Shown here in pieces: positions 24,106 to 37,163 of a stretch of 64,000 bases of DNA; the stretch's first letter is position 1, and each line of letters begins with the position of its first letter. The position numbers were made by a program, and so were the translations under genes. The notes under the pieces were generated by a model that was not told the DNA's origin, ran no database searches, and worked only from the letters and a program-made list of their open reading frames with translations. This DNA is from Macrostomum lignano (Eukaryota): the NCBI GenBank assembly GCA_002269645.1, contig NIVC01001174.1:1-64000 (forward strand). Reading direction: 5' to 3'.

Positions 24106-24551
24106 TCTCAGCACAAAAGTATGAGCAAATTATGGCTCGGCTCGATTGAAAAAGAACTGAAAATGTCTGAAATAGATCTAAATTTGCTATTTTTCCTCTG
24201 CGTGCTTTGGGTAAAGTTTTTTACCTCTGCATGCATGCCTCTAATTTCTGCGGGAAAGATATTTCTGGGTTAACTCAATCAGCAGGAATGCCAGACCATT
24301 TTCCTCCCGGTGGCACAACCAAAATAGGGGGAACATAATCTGGATAATTCCCCAAATTCCGAGCCGAAAAAAAAACAAGTTACCAGACCTCTAAACCGAC
24401 CAGATATTCAACGATAATGCCAAGTCGGATTTTCTCATAAGTGCTTCCCACAAGGGCTTTTACGAGCAGCACCAGGGTCGCGGACCTCCCGATTACGGCA
24501 GCTTGAAACTTGACAAACTTGGAACTTTGAGACTGGGAGATGTCAATTTAG

Positions 24552-27500
24552 GCACGCGAAGGTGTATTCAGCAGGCCTGTGAAGTATGAGACAGACTAGG
24601 CCTATGGGCTACGGTCTGCAATGCCTCACGCCTGCCCCCATCTTCAGCAGGTTAAGGCTGGTGGGAGGTCTGTACCCTCTATTTGCCGCTGGCAGCCGCA
24701 GACCCCCCCACGCTGTCTCGCAAGTCGACCCAGGGTACTCGTCCCCGCGTGTGTTCAAGGCAGACCCTAGGGCTGCTGGACTGACTGGGCTCCGGCGCTG
24801 GCGACCCATCCAGTGGCTTCGGCCGAACTTGGGTATGCGGGTCTGGCTCGCCTGCCTGCAGGCCGTGGTACTGCTTAACGTACCCCCTATTGCCTAAGGT
24901 GTTTGACCGTGCCGATGGGCTGGAAGGCCAGGGAGTAGTCCGGTCGCTAGCGGTCCTTTTTCTTTTTCTTTTTCCTCCTTTCTTTTGTGACTAAGCTCAC
25001 TCCTTCCCGCTTTCAGCTATGGCATCCTCCGCCTCTAATCCTCCCGCTGAAGCCGGGACCCCGGCAACTTCGGCGGGTAAATCTGGCGCCTGGGGCTCTC
25101 TGGAACTGGGGCCCAGGCTCCTCCGGCAAAGAAGCTAAGACAAACGGCTGACCTCAAGCCCGGTAAAGCAGTCCGCGCTGCTGAAACCGGCAATCGCAAC
25201 CGCAGACCTGCTAGGAGCACCCGGAGGTCCGGTCTGATCCAGCGCGCGCTGGACCAGGCCAAGAGCCTCCGGGCGTATCGTGAGCAGGCCCGCGCTTCTC
25301 GCGCTCCACCCCAACAGCCAGAAGGCCCGGCCGTTGGCGGGGAGGCGCCGACCGACTGGTTCGAGTCTTCGACTCACCAGGAGACTGGTGCCACCCGCAT
25401 CGACCTGACCAACGAGGCGGAGGGGACGGGCAGTGACAGCACTGAAGCACGCAGGGGAGGCGACGGTAACGTCCACGCTGGGCTCATGCCCGCGGAGGAC
25501 TCCGCAGCCACCCTAACTGCCGAGGACACTGAAACTCCCATGGAGGTCTGCGGGCCAACCACCCCTGAAAAGGAGGAGTATAACCTGCTCAACGATTCCC
25601 CAACTGCATGATAATGATCAGCAGCCAGGAATCCATTGCTTGCAGATAAATCTGCAACACTGCGTCGCAGCCTCGGTCAACCTTATGCGTTACGCCGAGC
25701 TCGACACGCCGGGGCTCATCCTCGTCCAGGAACCCTGGACTCTTAGAGGTAAGCCTCAGAACGCCCCTGCCGGCTATAACTGTTTATATACTTACCCTCG
25801 CGAGGCTAACCAGCCTCCCAGAGCTTGCATCTTTGCGATCAAAACGCTCAGTGCGTGGCTCAGATCGGACCTGTCCAACAGGGACATCTGCGTCATCCAA
25901 TCCGAGGACCTCCTTCCTGGGAAGACCACCCTCATAGCCTCGGTCTACCTACCAGGCGATGCTGCGGTCGTCCCCAGAGCCCTCGCTACGCTGGTCGAGC
26001 TCTGCTCTGCCAAAAACTACGAGCTCATGGTTGCCGGCGACATCAACGCCCACCATACTCACTGGGGCAGCACCGGTATTAATCAGAGGGGCGAAGACCT
26101 CCTAGCCTACGTTGCCTCTGCAACTCTGGGTCCACCCCTACTTTTGACAACGGACGCCACGCTCGCAACACCCAGACTCTACCAGAGTACTGGGGCGTGG
26201 CGGGTGCTTCCAGCGTCCTCACTCTCTGATCACAATTTCATTTCCTTCAACCTGATGGCCGCGCGTAGCGCAACTCGTGTTACGTCGAGACGGAACGCCA
26301 GAAACACTGATTGGGAAACCTTCGGGCTCACTCTAAAGGAATTCCATCGATCTCCTGGCCAACCATTCACGATCACGTCATGCCAAGAAGCGGATGAGTG
26401 CGCGACTGTGTTGACAGAAACGCTAACCGCCGCCTTTGAGGCATCCTGCCCTTTAAAAGCCTATAAGGGGAAAAAATCCGCGCCGTGGTGAAATCCCGAG
26501 CTCGGCAACCTCCGTCGCAGAGCTAAGAGACTCCACCGCAGAGCTACTAAAACTAAGAGCCCAGCGGATCAAACCGCCTATCATGAAGCAATCCATGAGT
26601 TTAAAAGGCAGGTTAGGAATGCAAAAGCTCAAAAATGGCGACAATACTGCGAGGAGCTAGAGGGCTCACGCCCCACCTCCAGAATTGTGAAAGCACTTAC
26701 GCTGGACAAAATGTCTAACCTTTCCTCGGTGAAACGCACCGACGGTACGTCCACGGAAAACCCAGGGGAAACGCTTGATGTAATGCTCACTGCGTTTTTC
26801 CCCAACGAGCCAGCTAACCCGACCACTTTGGATCACTCGGAGGAAGGTCACGCCCTAGCTGCCTCTATCATCACGGAGGACCGCATCGTGAGAGCGGCTA
26901 ACTCCTTCAAACCTTTCAAAGCCCTAGGACCCGACGGCATCGTACCTGCCCTTCTAAGAGAGGCGGTTAAATGCACAGGCTTCCTGCGTAAACTTTGCAG
27001 CCTTCTTTGGGCGTGCATCACGCTTGGTTATGTCCCGCAGGCATGGACCGAGGCAAAGGTGATTTTTATCCCTAAGCCAGGCCGCCCGGACTACCATTCT
27101 ATCAAATCCTTCAGACCGATCAGTCTGACCTCCTTCCTGGTCAATCTGATGGAGAGACTGGTGCTGTGGCGCCTTCTTTCCGTAGAGCTGAAGAACAAGC
27201 CTCTCAGCGAGAACCAGCACGCTTTTCGGGCGGGTCGCTCCACTAAAAGCGCGCGGCACGTCCTGGTCGATAAACTTGAGAAGGCCGTGCTTGGTAGCGG
27301 CTTCGCTCTGGGAATCTTCCTGGACATCATTGGCGCCTTCGATAACGTCCTCTTCGAGGCGTTCCGAAGAGCTCTTTGTGAGAGGCAAACGCACTCACAT
27401 CTCACCAGATGGATCATGTACATGATCAGCCATCGCACGGCCACCGCCAGTCTGCTGGGCTACAAGAGGACGGTTCCCGTCTGCAAAGGTATCCCGCAAG

Positions 27501-29162
27501 GTGGGGTGCTGTTTACAGTTCTCTGGAACATGTTCATCGATGAGCTCCTTCGGGATGCTCGGCCTGACCCCATTCTGAAAGTAGGATATGCGGACGATGT
27601 CACCGCAGTGGCATCTGGTCCGTCCCCTGACGTTCAAGCTAAAGCCAAGAGGGCCCTCGCAGTCCTCGCACAACTGCGCAGGGCTGTCGGCACCACCTGG
27701 GGGCTTACCCCCAAGCGCCTCTGGTGGATCTACACTGCAATGGTTAGGCCTGCTATCTCGTATGGCGGCCTGATCTGGGCTAGCGCTCTGCAGATGAAGA
27801 CCTGCCTGGAGGCTCTCAGGAGAGCGCAAGGGCGCGCATGCCGCATGATCATGAGCGCCCCCCGTCCTTACGATGGCCTCAACGCCTTCCTCAACATTCC
27901 CCCACTGGATATCTTTGTCTGCAGGTAAGCGGCTAAGACTGCCCGCCGTCTACTTGACGCTGGCATTCGTATCATGCCCCATAGGGTCGTGGCTAAGCGC
28001 AAGCTCCTGCCTCAGGCCGACCTCTGCCTTAAAGACTTGAGAGACAGCGGCGGGCTCCACGTCTTACCTGACGGTGAACCCCGCACTCTCAACCTCCTTC
28101 AGCGCTACAAGCTCACCATCCCCTCTAGGGATGCTGCCAATGACCTCTGGAATTCCCAGGAGGTCCATTGCTACACGGACGGTTCCATCAAAGACGGCCA
28201 CGCCGGCTTTGGGTCTGCATCATCATCAGCGACCGCGTCATTGCCACGCATACCCAGCACACTGGCAGACTCTCCACAGTCTTCCAGAACAAAGTCCTTG
28301 CCATCAGCTCCTGCGCTGCAGAGCTGAACGCCAAGGGTACGAGAGGAGAGACTATTGTCATCCAATCCGATAGCCAAGCGGCCTTACAGGCCCTTTGCCA
28401 CACCACAACGAACTCCCGGACAGTCGCCGACTGCGTCCGGCAGCTCAACCTCCTGGCCAGTAGCAATACTGTCAGGCTGAAGTGGATCCCAGGGCACGTA
28501 GGGTTTCCGGGGAACGAGCTGGCAGACACCCTCGCCAAGAGGGGCGGCTCTGGCTCTTTCTTCGGCCCCCCCTGGTCCCTATGCCCTTGACAGTCATCAA
28601 TCGTCAGATCGACGACTGGGCTGACTCCCTCCACAGGAACAGATGGGCGGGCACCAAAAACTGCCGGCAATCTCGTGCCGCGGTTCCCTGCCCGTCTCGC
28701 AGGCTCAGTAACATCCTTCTGAACCAGAATCGGAAGGATGTCCGAGCCCTTGTCATGACCCTTACTGGCCATGGCTACCTCGCCAGGCACTGCTTTTTCC
28801 GAGGTGACCTCGAGAGCGAACTTTGCCCCTTTTGCGAGTACGACAATGAAGATGCTCAGCACTTTGTTTGTCACTGCCCCTTCTTTAACAAAGACCGGCT
28901 ACGCTACCTCGGGCCGAACCCGTCCATTGACGAGGTCTGCCAGCCCGACAGCATCCCACGGCTCATCCAGTTCCTTCGGGCGACTAGACGAGCCAGTTTC
29001 TTTCCAACGGAAGATCACGCTGCAGGACGGACCGGCGGACCACCCTGACCGGCCCCACGCCTCTGCCTGTCTGCGGGCCTTCAGGGGCTGGCGGAATGGG
29101 CGACCCTCGCCTCCCCGCTGTGTCTACGGACCACCCTGCAGCTGAGTCAAAGTAAGTCAAGG
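24552..29162 (+). mobile_element. Non-LTR retrotransposon of the R1/LOA type (APE - RT - RNase H - CCHC), decayed and internally deleted
   Basis: 11-bp TSD TGTCAATTTAG at 24541-24551 and 29163-29173. APE motifs QINLQH, QEPW, GDINAHH, SDH; RT motifs KALGPDG, RPISL, FLDIIGAFD, GIPQGGVL, YADD (27587); RNase H YTDGS (28172) and WIPGHVGFPGNELAD; C-terminal CPFC..ED..HF..HCP; short AAGTC-repeat 3' tail. Confidence 0.93.
25640..29048 (+). pseudogene. Disrupted ORF2 (endonuclease/reverse transcriptase/RNase H) of the LINE
   Basis: In-frame stops at 26489 (TGG>TGA) and 27926, frameshifts near 28230 and 28580, and apparent loss of RT subdomains 6-7 right after YADD (near 27630). Confidence 0.88.
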
Positions 29163-29699
29163 TGTCAATTTAGAATAGAAGGAATTCCAAATCCAGCCAT
29201 CAAAGATTTTCCGTGTAATATCCTTTTTCGTCATGCTTGGCAAAGATGAGTAGCCAATTTATTGAGGCGAAGGTTGCAGTGGACCGACCGAAAGCGAGGA
29301 GCATGAAGTTTCAAGTTCATATCAGATCAAGTTCATATCAGAGTAAGTCTATGTGTGATCTCTTGAAACTAGGCTCCGATATAGTTCTGCATCAGCACTT
29401 ATATCTGTCGCGACGAGTTGACACTATTCCAGGCCAAAAGCGAGCCAGTACACATACATTTATTTTCTGGGAGTTCAGTATTGTTCTATAAGTAGTGCAC
29501 TCAGCGGTTTATACAAGCTCGACAGTAAATGAACCTATTGCAAAAGAGTCCTCTCTCTATCCTTGCATATATGATAAATGCGATTGAAGTCAATGCTGTC
29601 ATTGCTAAGATTTCTGCTCATACTCGCTGATTTTGCACTCTGATCCTCAGCTTCTATTCCATGCCCTGCAACAGGCGCACTCTCTACTTACTTCATACC

Positions 29700-30560
29700 A
29701 CGACTCGATCATGACAAGTAAGAAAATAGGCAGAATGGCTAATGCCCTGAACTGCTGGCCCTGACCTTGGCCCATGAAGTTTGGTTTATTATTTAAGTGA
29801 AAATAGAAATTAGAAAATGGTGAGCAAAAAGGGGGTGGAGACCTGCAGCTGGCTGACAATACCAAGGACAGTGCAAAAGATGAAAATACCTTAACAGACA
29901 CGGTCGACAGGCAGGGTTGCATGGTGCGGTGGTTGTCGAATGGTCACGGCGGAGGCTGCAGTCACGGACGATCCATGCCAGAAGCCTCGGATTGGGGTCG
30001 CAATAAAAGATGGGGAGGTTTGGTCTCGCGGGAAAACAGAACAACACAAGGGACGGAAAGAGTAAAACGAGTACAGGTCCCGAACCAGGGGAGCTCGAGG
30101 AGAAAAAGTAGAAGAGCAACGATGAACCGATGGTGCTCAAAAAGAGCTTCTATTTTAGCCCTGAGACCACGTGACACGCGATCACGTGAGAAATCTGTAC
30201 GATATTGAAGGCCGTGACCTGTCCTTGACCCCGTTGCCAAGCAACCCTGATGACGTCGCCAGACAGCTGCGATGTGATTGGATAAGAAATTGGGGTGGAG
30301 CGAAGCGGAGAAAATGATTTTATGATGGGGATTACGTAACAGGCGGGAAAAAGCTTGGGGAAATAGGGAGGGGGTCATAAATATTTCACAGCATGAATGA
30401 TGTCGAGCAATAGAAAGGAGGTGGGTTTGCTGATTGGGGGAGTGGGTAGGTGATAAGCATGACTCAACCTAATGAGCCATCACGGGGGGAGCACAGGTAT
30501 CACAGGGGAGTAAGGGATGTGGGGAAAAATTGGTGGGGAGGCCCAGGACGTGTCTACATC
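29700..30560 (-). mobile_element. Possible highly degenerate Penelope-like element remnant
   Basis: Broken minus-strand frames including TAPCNPACRPC, similar to the Cys linker preceding GIY-YIG in Penelope elements; purine-rich + strand similar to 53150-53400. Weak. Confidence 0.22.
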
Positions 30561-31005
30561 ACATTCATATACGTACTGTGCCTGTGTGTGTAAGGAAATA
30601 AAATTAACATTGAATCTTTACTTTCCTAAACGAAAAGCTCTAGGAAAGGCAAGACAATCAACAGATGAACAATAGATCTCAATTCTATCAAAAGCTATGG
30701 CAACTTTTGTTCTGAAAAATGAATTGAAAAGCTCATATCTCCGTAATGTATTTTTCGGTAAAACCTGCCTCCAAAACTTTTTCGAGAAACGTGGTTTTCT
30801 GGCCTTCTACTTGAGTAGTCTTTCGTTCGAACGGGTTGGAGGCAGAGGATTAGCTTCGTTCGGATTAGCTAATTTCTAAATTTTAATTTTAAAATTCTCC
30901 CTGTTAGTTTCTCACCGGCTTCTCTTAGCTATGGACCCAGCTGCTGACCATCTGACCGGAGTGAAAGTCCAGAGCTCTAGGCGATCAGTTTTTGCACTCC
31001 TAGAT

Positions 31006-31190
31006 CCTAGATCTCAGATCCTAGATCCCAGATCCTAGATCCCAGATCCTAGATCCCAGATCCTAGATCCCAGATCCTAGATCCCAGATCCTAGATCCCA
31101 GATCCTAGATCCCAGATCCTAGATCCCAGATCCTAGATCCCAGATCCTAGATCCCAGATCCTAGATCCCAGATCCTAGATCCCAGATCTT
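31006..31190. repeat. 14-bp tandem repeat (TCCTAGATCCCAGA)n
   Basis: Directly visible, near-perfect. Confidence 0.97.
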
Positions 31191-31788
31191 ATGGATCCTG
31201 AGATACTAACGCAGCACAGTTAAACCAAGCATGCAGTGTAAAGTAAAGTCCAAAGATATAATATTTCATATAACTGTCTTGCCTATTCATTGGGTGTGAC
31301 TATGACTGGGTGTGCCTATTCATTGGGCGAAGTTTTTTTAACTGCTCAAGCATAATTCTATTTCGGACCATTAATGTATGATAGTGTTATAACTGCAAGC
31401 GCATATGTACAGTTCCACCAATGACCGCCTAAAAGTTTTATGATGACTGGGACCCACATCAAATTATAATTGACTCCAATGAGGCTGAGAGGCGAAGTAC
31501 TGCTTCATGCAGCATTAATCCTCAAACTCATCGCCTTACTGTGTCCACCCACATTTTTGATGCATAAAAACTAACTGATACATGTAGGAATGTATCCCAC
31601 TGCGTGACGGATGTACATGTAGGAATTTGCCACGCAGAGACAAATCAATTAATTTAGTCACTGGAACCAATAGAAATCAACAGTGGGAAGGAAAATTTTC
31701 TGTTTGATCCTCCGTTCCCATGACAACGTGGGAAATAGATTTTTGCACATCCCAAAACTGTTGAAACTGCTACAAATACAATACGTGC

Positions 31789-33140
31789 ATGCGATCGAAA
31801 GAGACAGCAAAAATTTCACACCGCCTGTTGGTCAGCAACTCAGTCGCACAGCCAACTTCTAATTCTGGCCTAGTGCTAGTGATGAAGACAATTCGAGCCA
31901 GATTCGAGCTGCAGCTAGGAGCCACGAGCAACGGAACTCATCCCTTTGCGTTTGAAGTCGCGCAAAGCTTCAGCCAGCGCCACTGTGCCGAGCTGTGCTC
32001 ACAAATAGCCGAGTGCTTCGGTTTCTACTCGGCGCAGAACAAAGCGGGACCCTGCGGACTCTTCAACGCGTCCGCCTTCTACTGGAAGAGCTCGTGGACA
32101 TCCGCCGGGTGGGAGGAGCAGCTGCAGGAAGTCTTTTTGCTTGTGATTGGTGAGTCTCATAGTTTGGGAAGCGTTGATAAGTCTTCCTCCAGAGAACTGT
32201 TGCGATCACCTGCGTAAGAACAGCTCGGATGGCTCCAAAACTGTTGAGGTTATACAATATCGGAGCCTAACCTGATGAATTGCGCTAGATATCAGTCCAG
32301 TTCCCGTGCGTCCATGATTGCTTATAGTATACCCATTAAATTTTAAGACAGTTAATTTCCACGGCTTTGAAGACAATTGTTCTTTTGGGAAGACTTATTT
32401 TGTATAAAATCGGTCGATGTTGTAAGTTCTCTGTCTAAAGCGTCCTGCGCTAAATTAAGGATATCGCTGAACTAACTTGGGGTTCCAAGCTGATTTAAGC
32501 TGCTACCAAGCTGAAAACAGAGCAAATGGACAAATAAAATTAAGCTTAGGTCAAAGCATAGGCGAACCACAGACGGGAAAAACCATCCACAACAGAAGCT
32601 ACAACTACATATAGAATTGCACGCACAGTATAAGAGGCGCAGCGAAGACTTGCAAGTGCTTACAGAAATGTACGCTCGTATTTGCACCTTACAACAGCTG
32701 TGAAAAGTAACCAACAGCAAATATCCATTTTAGACTTCAATATTCAGAAGCTTACAATGTCCAGTTGCAATCAGACTTCGACAGCAGGAACAGCGGAATG
32801 CGGTCGAGCTCTCGATGGAAACAAAGACCAAGTGTACGATGGAGGATCCTGCACTCACACTCTGCAAGAACCTAACCAATGGTGGCAGGCTGAATTCCAT
32901 CGACCGTCGATTGTCACGCACGTTGTCATCTACAACAGACAGGAGTGCTGCAGAGAGCGACTTAACAGCTTCGCTCTGCTGGTGAACAACGCTGTGTGCG
33001 CTACGGTTAACCTCACAACTTCATTCTTGGTAGGCAACTTCTCCTGCTGGGGCGCCGGCACCAGCATCCGCTTGGAGAGTCACCTGTTTGACGGAGTCAC
33101 ACTGTGCGAGTTCGAGGCCTTCGGCGTCCACTTTCCCTGA
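31789..33140 (+). CDS. PAN/apple-like domain + F-type (fucolectin) lectin domain protein; 5' end uncertain
   Basis: Exon 31789-32149 (CAELCSQIAECFGFY..GPCGLF; donor GTGAGT, phase 1) joins exon 32734-33140 (ALDGNKDQVYDGGSCTHT..NQWWQAEF..VVIYNRQECCRERL..LCEFEAFG). The second exon has the fucose-binding H-x-RxDCC..R type motif as HT...NRQECCRER. No clear signal peptide, so an upstream exon is likely. Confidence 0.85.
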
Positions 33141-33794
33141 TCAAATGGCCACGATGACGCCATCAACATAAAAGGATCAAGATTTGCGGAATTCAACTTC
33201 TGACGAAAACAAGCCTCTAATTTCTATTTACAAAGATTATATGATTAATCTCTGTCTGACTTGAGTGTAATTGTCAATTCACCCGATTAGTGGCCGTCAG
33301 CTGATATTAACCGAAGTGACAGGAACAAAATTTACTTGTTACAATTCGCAACCACCTAAAATATGCTTTAAACATTAATGACGCAATCTTTGCATATTTT
33401 TGTTGTCTAAAGATTATGCTTTAGCTTTGCTTTTTGTTCCTGTTTTTCGTTATTTTTATTTTTAATCCTGCATCCTCTTTGCAAGTATATGCATAGAGCG
33501 TGTCAGCCATTGCCGTACTCTTAGCTGATATTGTATTTTTGAGTTCGAGTTGGATAGTAAAATAATACTTTTTTTATTCGTTACGAGTTCTGCCGAAAAT
33601 CGAAATTTATTCACATTTTGAAGTTCCTAATCCTTTATCAGAATAAGTACTAATTTTATCAGGTATTTTCTTTTGAGCTTTTAGGTAACCTACGTCTCTA
33701 TCTCAGATCTACGAATCTACGAATAGAATTAAATTTAATTTTACTCATTCTCGAAACAAAAATAAGTAATGAATTACCTGAAGACTCTCAGGAG

Positions 33795-35070
33795 CAAGGG
33801 CGTCGCCTTGTATGTTATGGTGTGGGGACAAAGTCAAGAATTCCACATGTACATGTACATTATTTTCAGAATCGGTGTTTTCAGCGCTCATTTGGCGCCA
33901 CAGGCACTCATTTTAGCGCCGCAGGCACTCATTTTAGCGCCGCAGGCACTCATTTTAGCGCCGCAGGCACTCATTTTAGCGTCGCAGGCACTCATTTTAG
34001 CGCCGCAGGCACTCATTTTAGCGCCGCAGGCACTCATTTTAGCGACACAGGCACTCATTTTAGCGCCGCAGACACTCATTTTAGCGTCGCAGGCACTCAT
34101 TTTAGCGCCGCAGGCACTCATTTTAGCGCCGCAGGCACTCATTTTAGCACCGCAGGCACTCATTTAGCACCGCAGGCACTCATTTTAGCGCCGCAGGCAC
34201 TCATTTTAGCGTCGCAGGCACTCATTTTAGCGACACAGGCCCTCATTTTAGCGCCGCAGGCACTCATTTTAGCGCCGCAGGCACTCATTTTAGCGCCGCA
34301 GGCACTCATTTTAGCGACACAGGCACTCATTTTAGCGCCGCAGGCACTCATTTTAGCGCCGCAGGCACTCATTTTAGCGCCGCAGGCACTCATTTTAGCG
34401 CCACAGGCACTCATTTTAGCGCCGCAGGCACTCATTTTAGCGCCGCAGGCACTCATTTTAGCACCGCAGGCACTCATTTTAGCACCGCAGGCACTCATTT
34501 TAGCGCCGAAGGCACTCATTTTAGCGTCGCAGGCACTCATTTTAGCGCCGCAGGCACTCATTTTAGCGCCGCAGGCACTCATTTTAGCGACACAGGCACT
34601 CATTTTAGCGCCGCAGACACTCATTTTAGCGCCGCAGACACTCATTTTAGCGCCGCAGACACTCATTTTAGCGTCGCAGGCACTCATTTTAGCGCCGCAG
34701 GCACTCATTTTAGCGCCGCAGGCACTCATTTTAGCACCGCAGGCACTCATTTTAGCGTCGCAGGCACTCATTTTAGCGACACAGGCACTCATTTTAGCGC
34801 CGCAGGCACTCATTTTAGCGCCGCAGGCACTCATTTTAGCGCCGCAGGCACTCATTTTAGCGACACAGGCACTCATTTTAGCGCCGCAGGCACTCATTTT
34901 CTGCGCCGCAGACGCTATATTTTGTCACCCTGAAGTAAAATTTTTGATTTCCATAGCGGAGTCACAAGGTTGGGTGGGTGGGTCAAAGCATTGGCATGTC
35001 TCCCCATAGCTTTTACTGGGGGCGGACATGTCCTCCTTGCCCCCTTGTCCCCCCGGTGGCGACGCCCCTG
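33795..35070. mobile_element. Second copy of the hAT-type MITE, with an expanded 21-bp minisatellite (about 48 units)
   Basis: TIR CAAGGGCGTCGCC / GGCGACGCCCCTG; 8-bp TSD CTCAGGAG / CTCAGGAA; subterminal sequences homologous to 22277-22780; unit GCAGGCACTCATTTTAGCGCC. Confidence 0.9.
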
Positions 35071-35912
35071 CTCAGGAAGGTGTTCAATAAAAAAACAACT
35101 GTCGAAAGAATGCTCGAATCATGAGTCATTTGGTCGGTGAAGTGAATTTGATTTCTTCACTTGTGTGTGAATCAATAAATCTTGATCGCATTTCCCTGTT
35201 CTCCTACTCTGAATGGTTCTACGACGTATAGTCAGCAGTGTGTGAGACCTGGAATCGGTTGATAGCATTCGATGAGCATCCAGAGCTCTATCATCGTGCA
35301 AGAAGCGGTGAGCTTGTCTGATTGTCGACAGATGAATGGCCGGAGTATCCATATTGTGACATGAGTCAGTCAGTTTTTTCTCGACGATGATCGCAATGCA
35401 TTCATTTGGTCGAAAATCCTGCTTGACCGTTTCAAAAAAGCATGTTTTTCGAATATTTATTCCCTTAGCATTGAACAATTTCTAAGCCAAGACACGTGTA
35501 CCGTCGCCGGAAAATTTCTAATCGAACGGTGCAAGTTCCATGAATCGTTTTTCTTAAATCAATCGCATACCTACAGACATAAAGACAACTCATTCTTAGT
35601 ATAATGGAAGACTTAAATCCTCTGCAGTAAAGCTTTTTGAGTTCAAAACTCTGTCTGAAATTTCTCTGTCTGAAAACTCTGTTCAAATTGATTATGGTGA
35701 ACTGCAACAGAAGATGTACCCCCACGTGGCTCCTTGGGCAGGTCCTGTTTTGTAAGAGGTCTTTGGTCTCGCAGTCCTCATTGTTTCGCAGGCCAGTTTA
35801 TAGTTTGCTAATCTAAAAGGGCGCTTTAATTCTCGATAAGAAATTTCTAGCGCATACTTTTCAGTTACACAGTACCATTGAAACTATAAATTAGCTCTAT
35901 GGCAGGAAGGGA

Positions 35913-36080
35913 GACAACGAAAAGCGCTTGGTGAGAACACGGGTGGCACAATCGAGCCCAAAGCCAAAGCCAAAGGAGCAGTTCGGCATTGGCGCATTGA
36001 ACTGGCAGTCAAATTCTCCAGACATGAACCCCATCGAGCATATCTGAGACTTTTTTAAGTCCCGATACAGAAGCATTAAA
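35913..36080 (+). pseudogene. Tc1/mariner transposase C-terminal remnant
   Basis: The frame from 35913 reads DNEKRLVRTRVAQ...EQFGIGALNWQSNSPDMNPIEHI*DFFK, matching the Tc1 WP..SPDLNPIE.LW motif, with TGG>TGA at 36045. Not in the ORF track. Confidence 0.7.
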
Positions 36081-37163
36081 TAAGCATTGCTTAACTTTTG
36101 TGCCACGTGAAAGCGAAATTTGGAGGGTTTAGCCGTTGCTGAGTACATATTAATGTATGCACATGTATGCCTACCCGTCATTTGACTTTGGTAGACTATG
36201 AAAATAATATATAGTAAATATTTTATATTTACATAGTAAATTTTATCCTTTTACATGTGCATGCAAGTTGAGTCCCATCTGCAGTACTGCAAAATTTGAT
36301 ACTCATACAATCGCCCTTGAGTCAGTGTTAATAAATGGGTGGGTATTGCGCTTGCAAAGACTTGTGAACCGTAATTGGACTGCAGGAGGTCTCCGGCCTC
36401 GAGTCTCAGGACTTGAGTAGACATACCATCCGAGCTACAGGTAAATAGAGTATTTTTCAGGCTATATGGTCGTGTGAGGTAGGAATGGCGAGAAAATTGC
36501 GAGTCATTACTCAAATAAACAAACTGGCCGCCCACACTTTGTCAAGCAATAGCTCGAAATGAGCAGAACCCGCGCCCGCTACAAATGCATGCAACTGCAC
36601 AGACAATTCCTGTGCATTCACACCCAAAATTACATTTTAGCCTTTAAGCCAGCCCCGGTCGCGGAAATTATAGGTAGAAAACATGCTTGTGTAGCTAGCT
36701 ATTGAATGCCGCACAGAGCAGAATAGCTGACAGCACTCATGCGGGGACTTCCGCATTGTGAGCCTGCGGCCATGATTACACTGACGCTTTAAAGCATTGA
36801 TATAATACGGCTACTAGACACACGTAGCTAAATGTGCATTCGTTGAGCCACTGTGTGAAATAAATTCCCACGAGAAGAGAATGAATAAGATTTTCCATAC
36901 CCCATGGGTGGAGACGGAAAAGCGTCGTACATGGCTGAGGTAGAAAAGTCAACATCGATCAATCTTCAAAGGCCAATGGCTAAGGGCGCCTTGCCCCAGA
37001 GCCTGCCGAATGTACACTCGCTGTGTGCTCTCGGAGCTACACTGCTTTACTGCTGTACTTATTTTTAGGGCGTATAAAACTTCAGAGGGATTTTTAGCAG
37101 GTAACGAGTGTGATCCATATTGCCGTTATACCGGGCCTGATAAACAATCGATACATTACAACA

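Noticed and set aside
30246-30300. Hammerhead ribozymes at CTGATGA occurrences (30248, 52095)
   Set aside because: No flanking stems or correctly placed GAAA were found.
36251-36535. C1q-like or other exon (LRLEAGDLL motif) and nearby frames at 35119-35725
   Set aside because: No consistent splice model or recognisable domain could be built on either strand.
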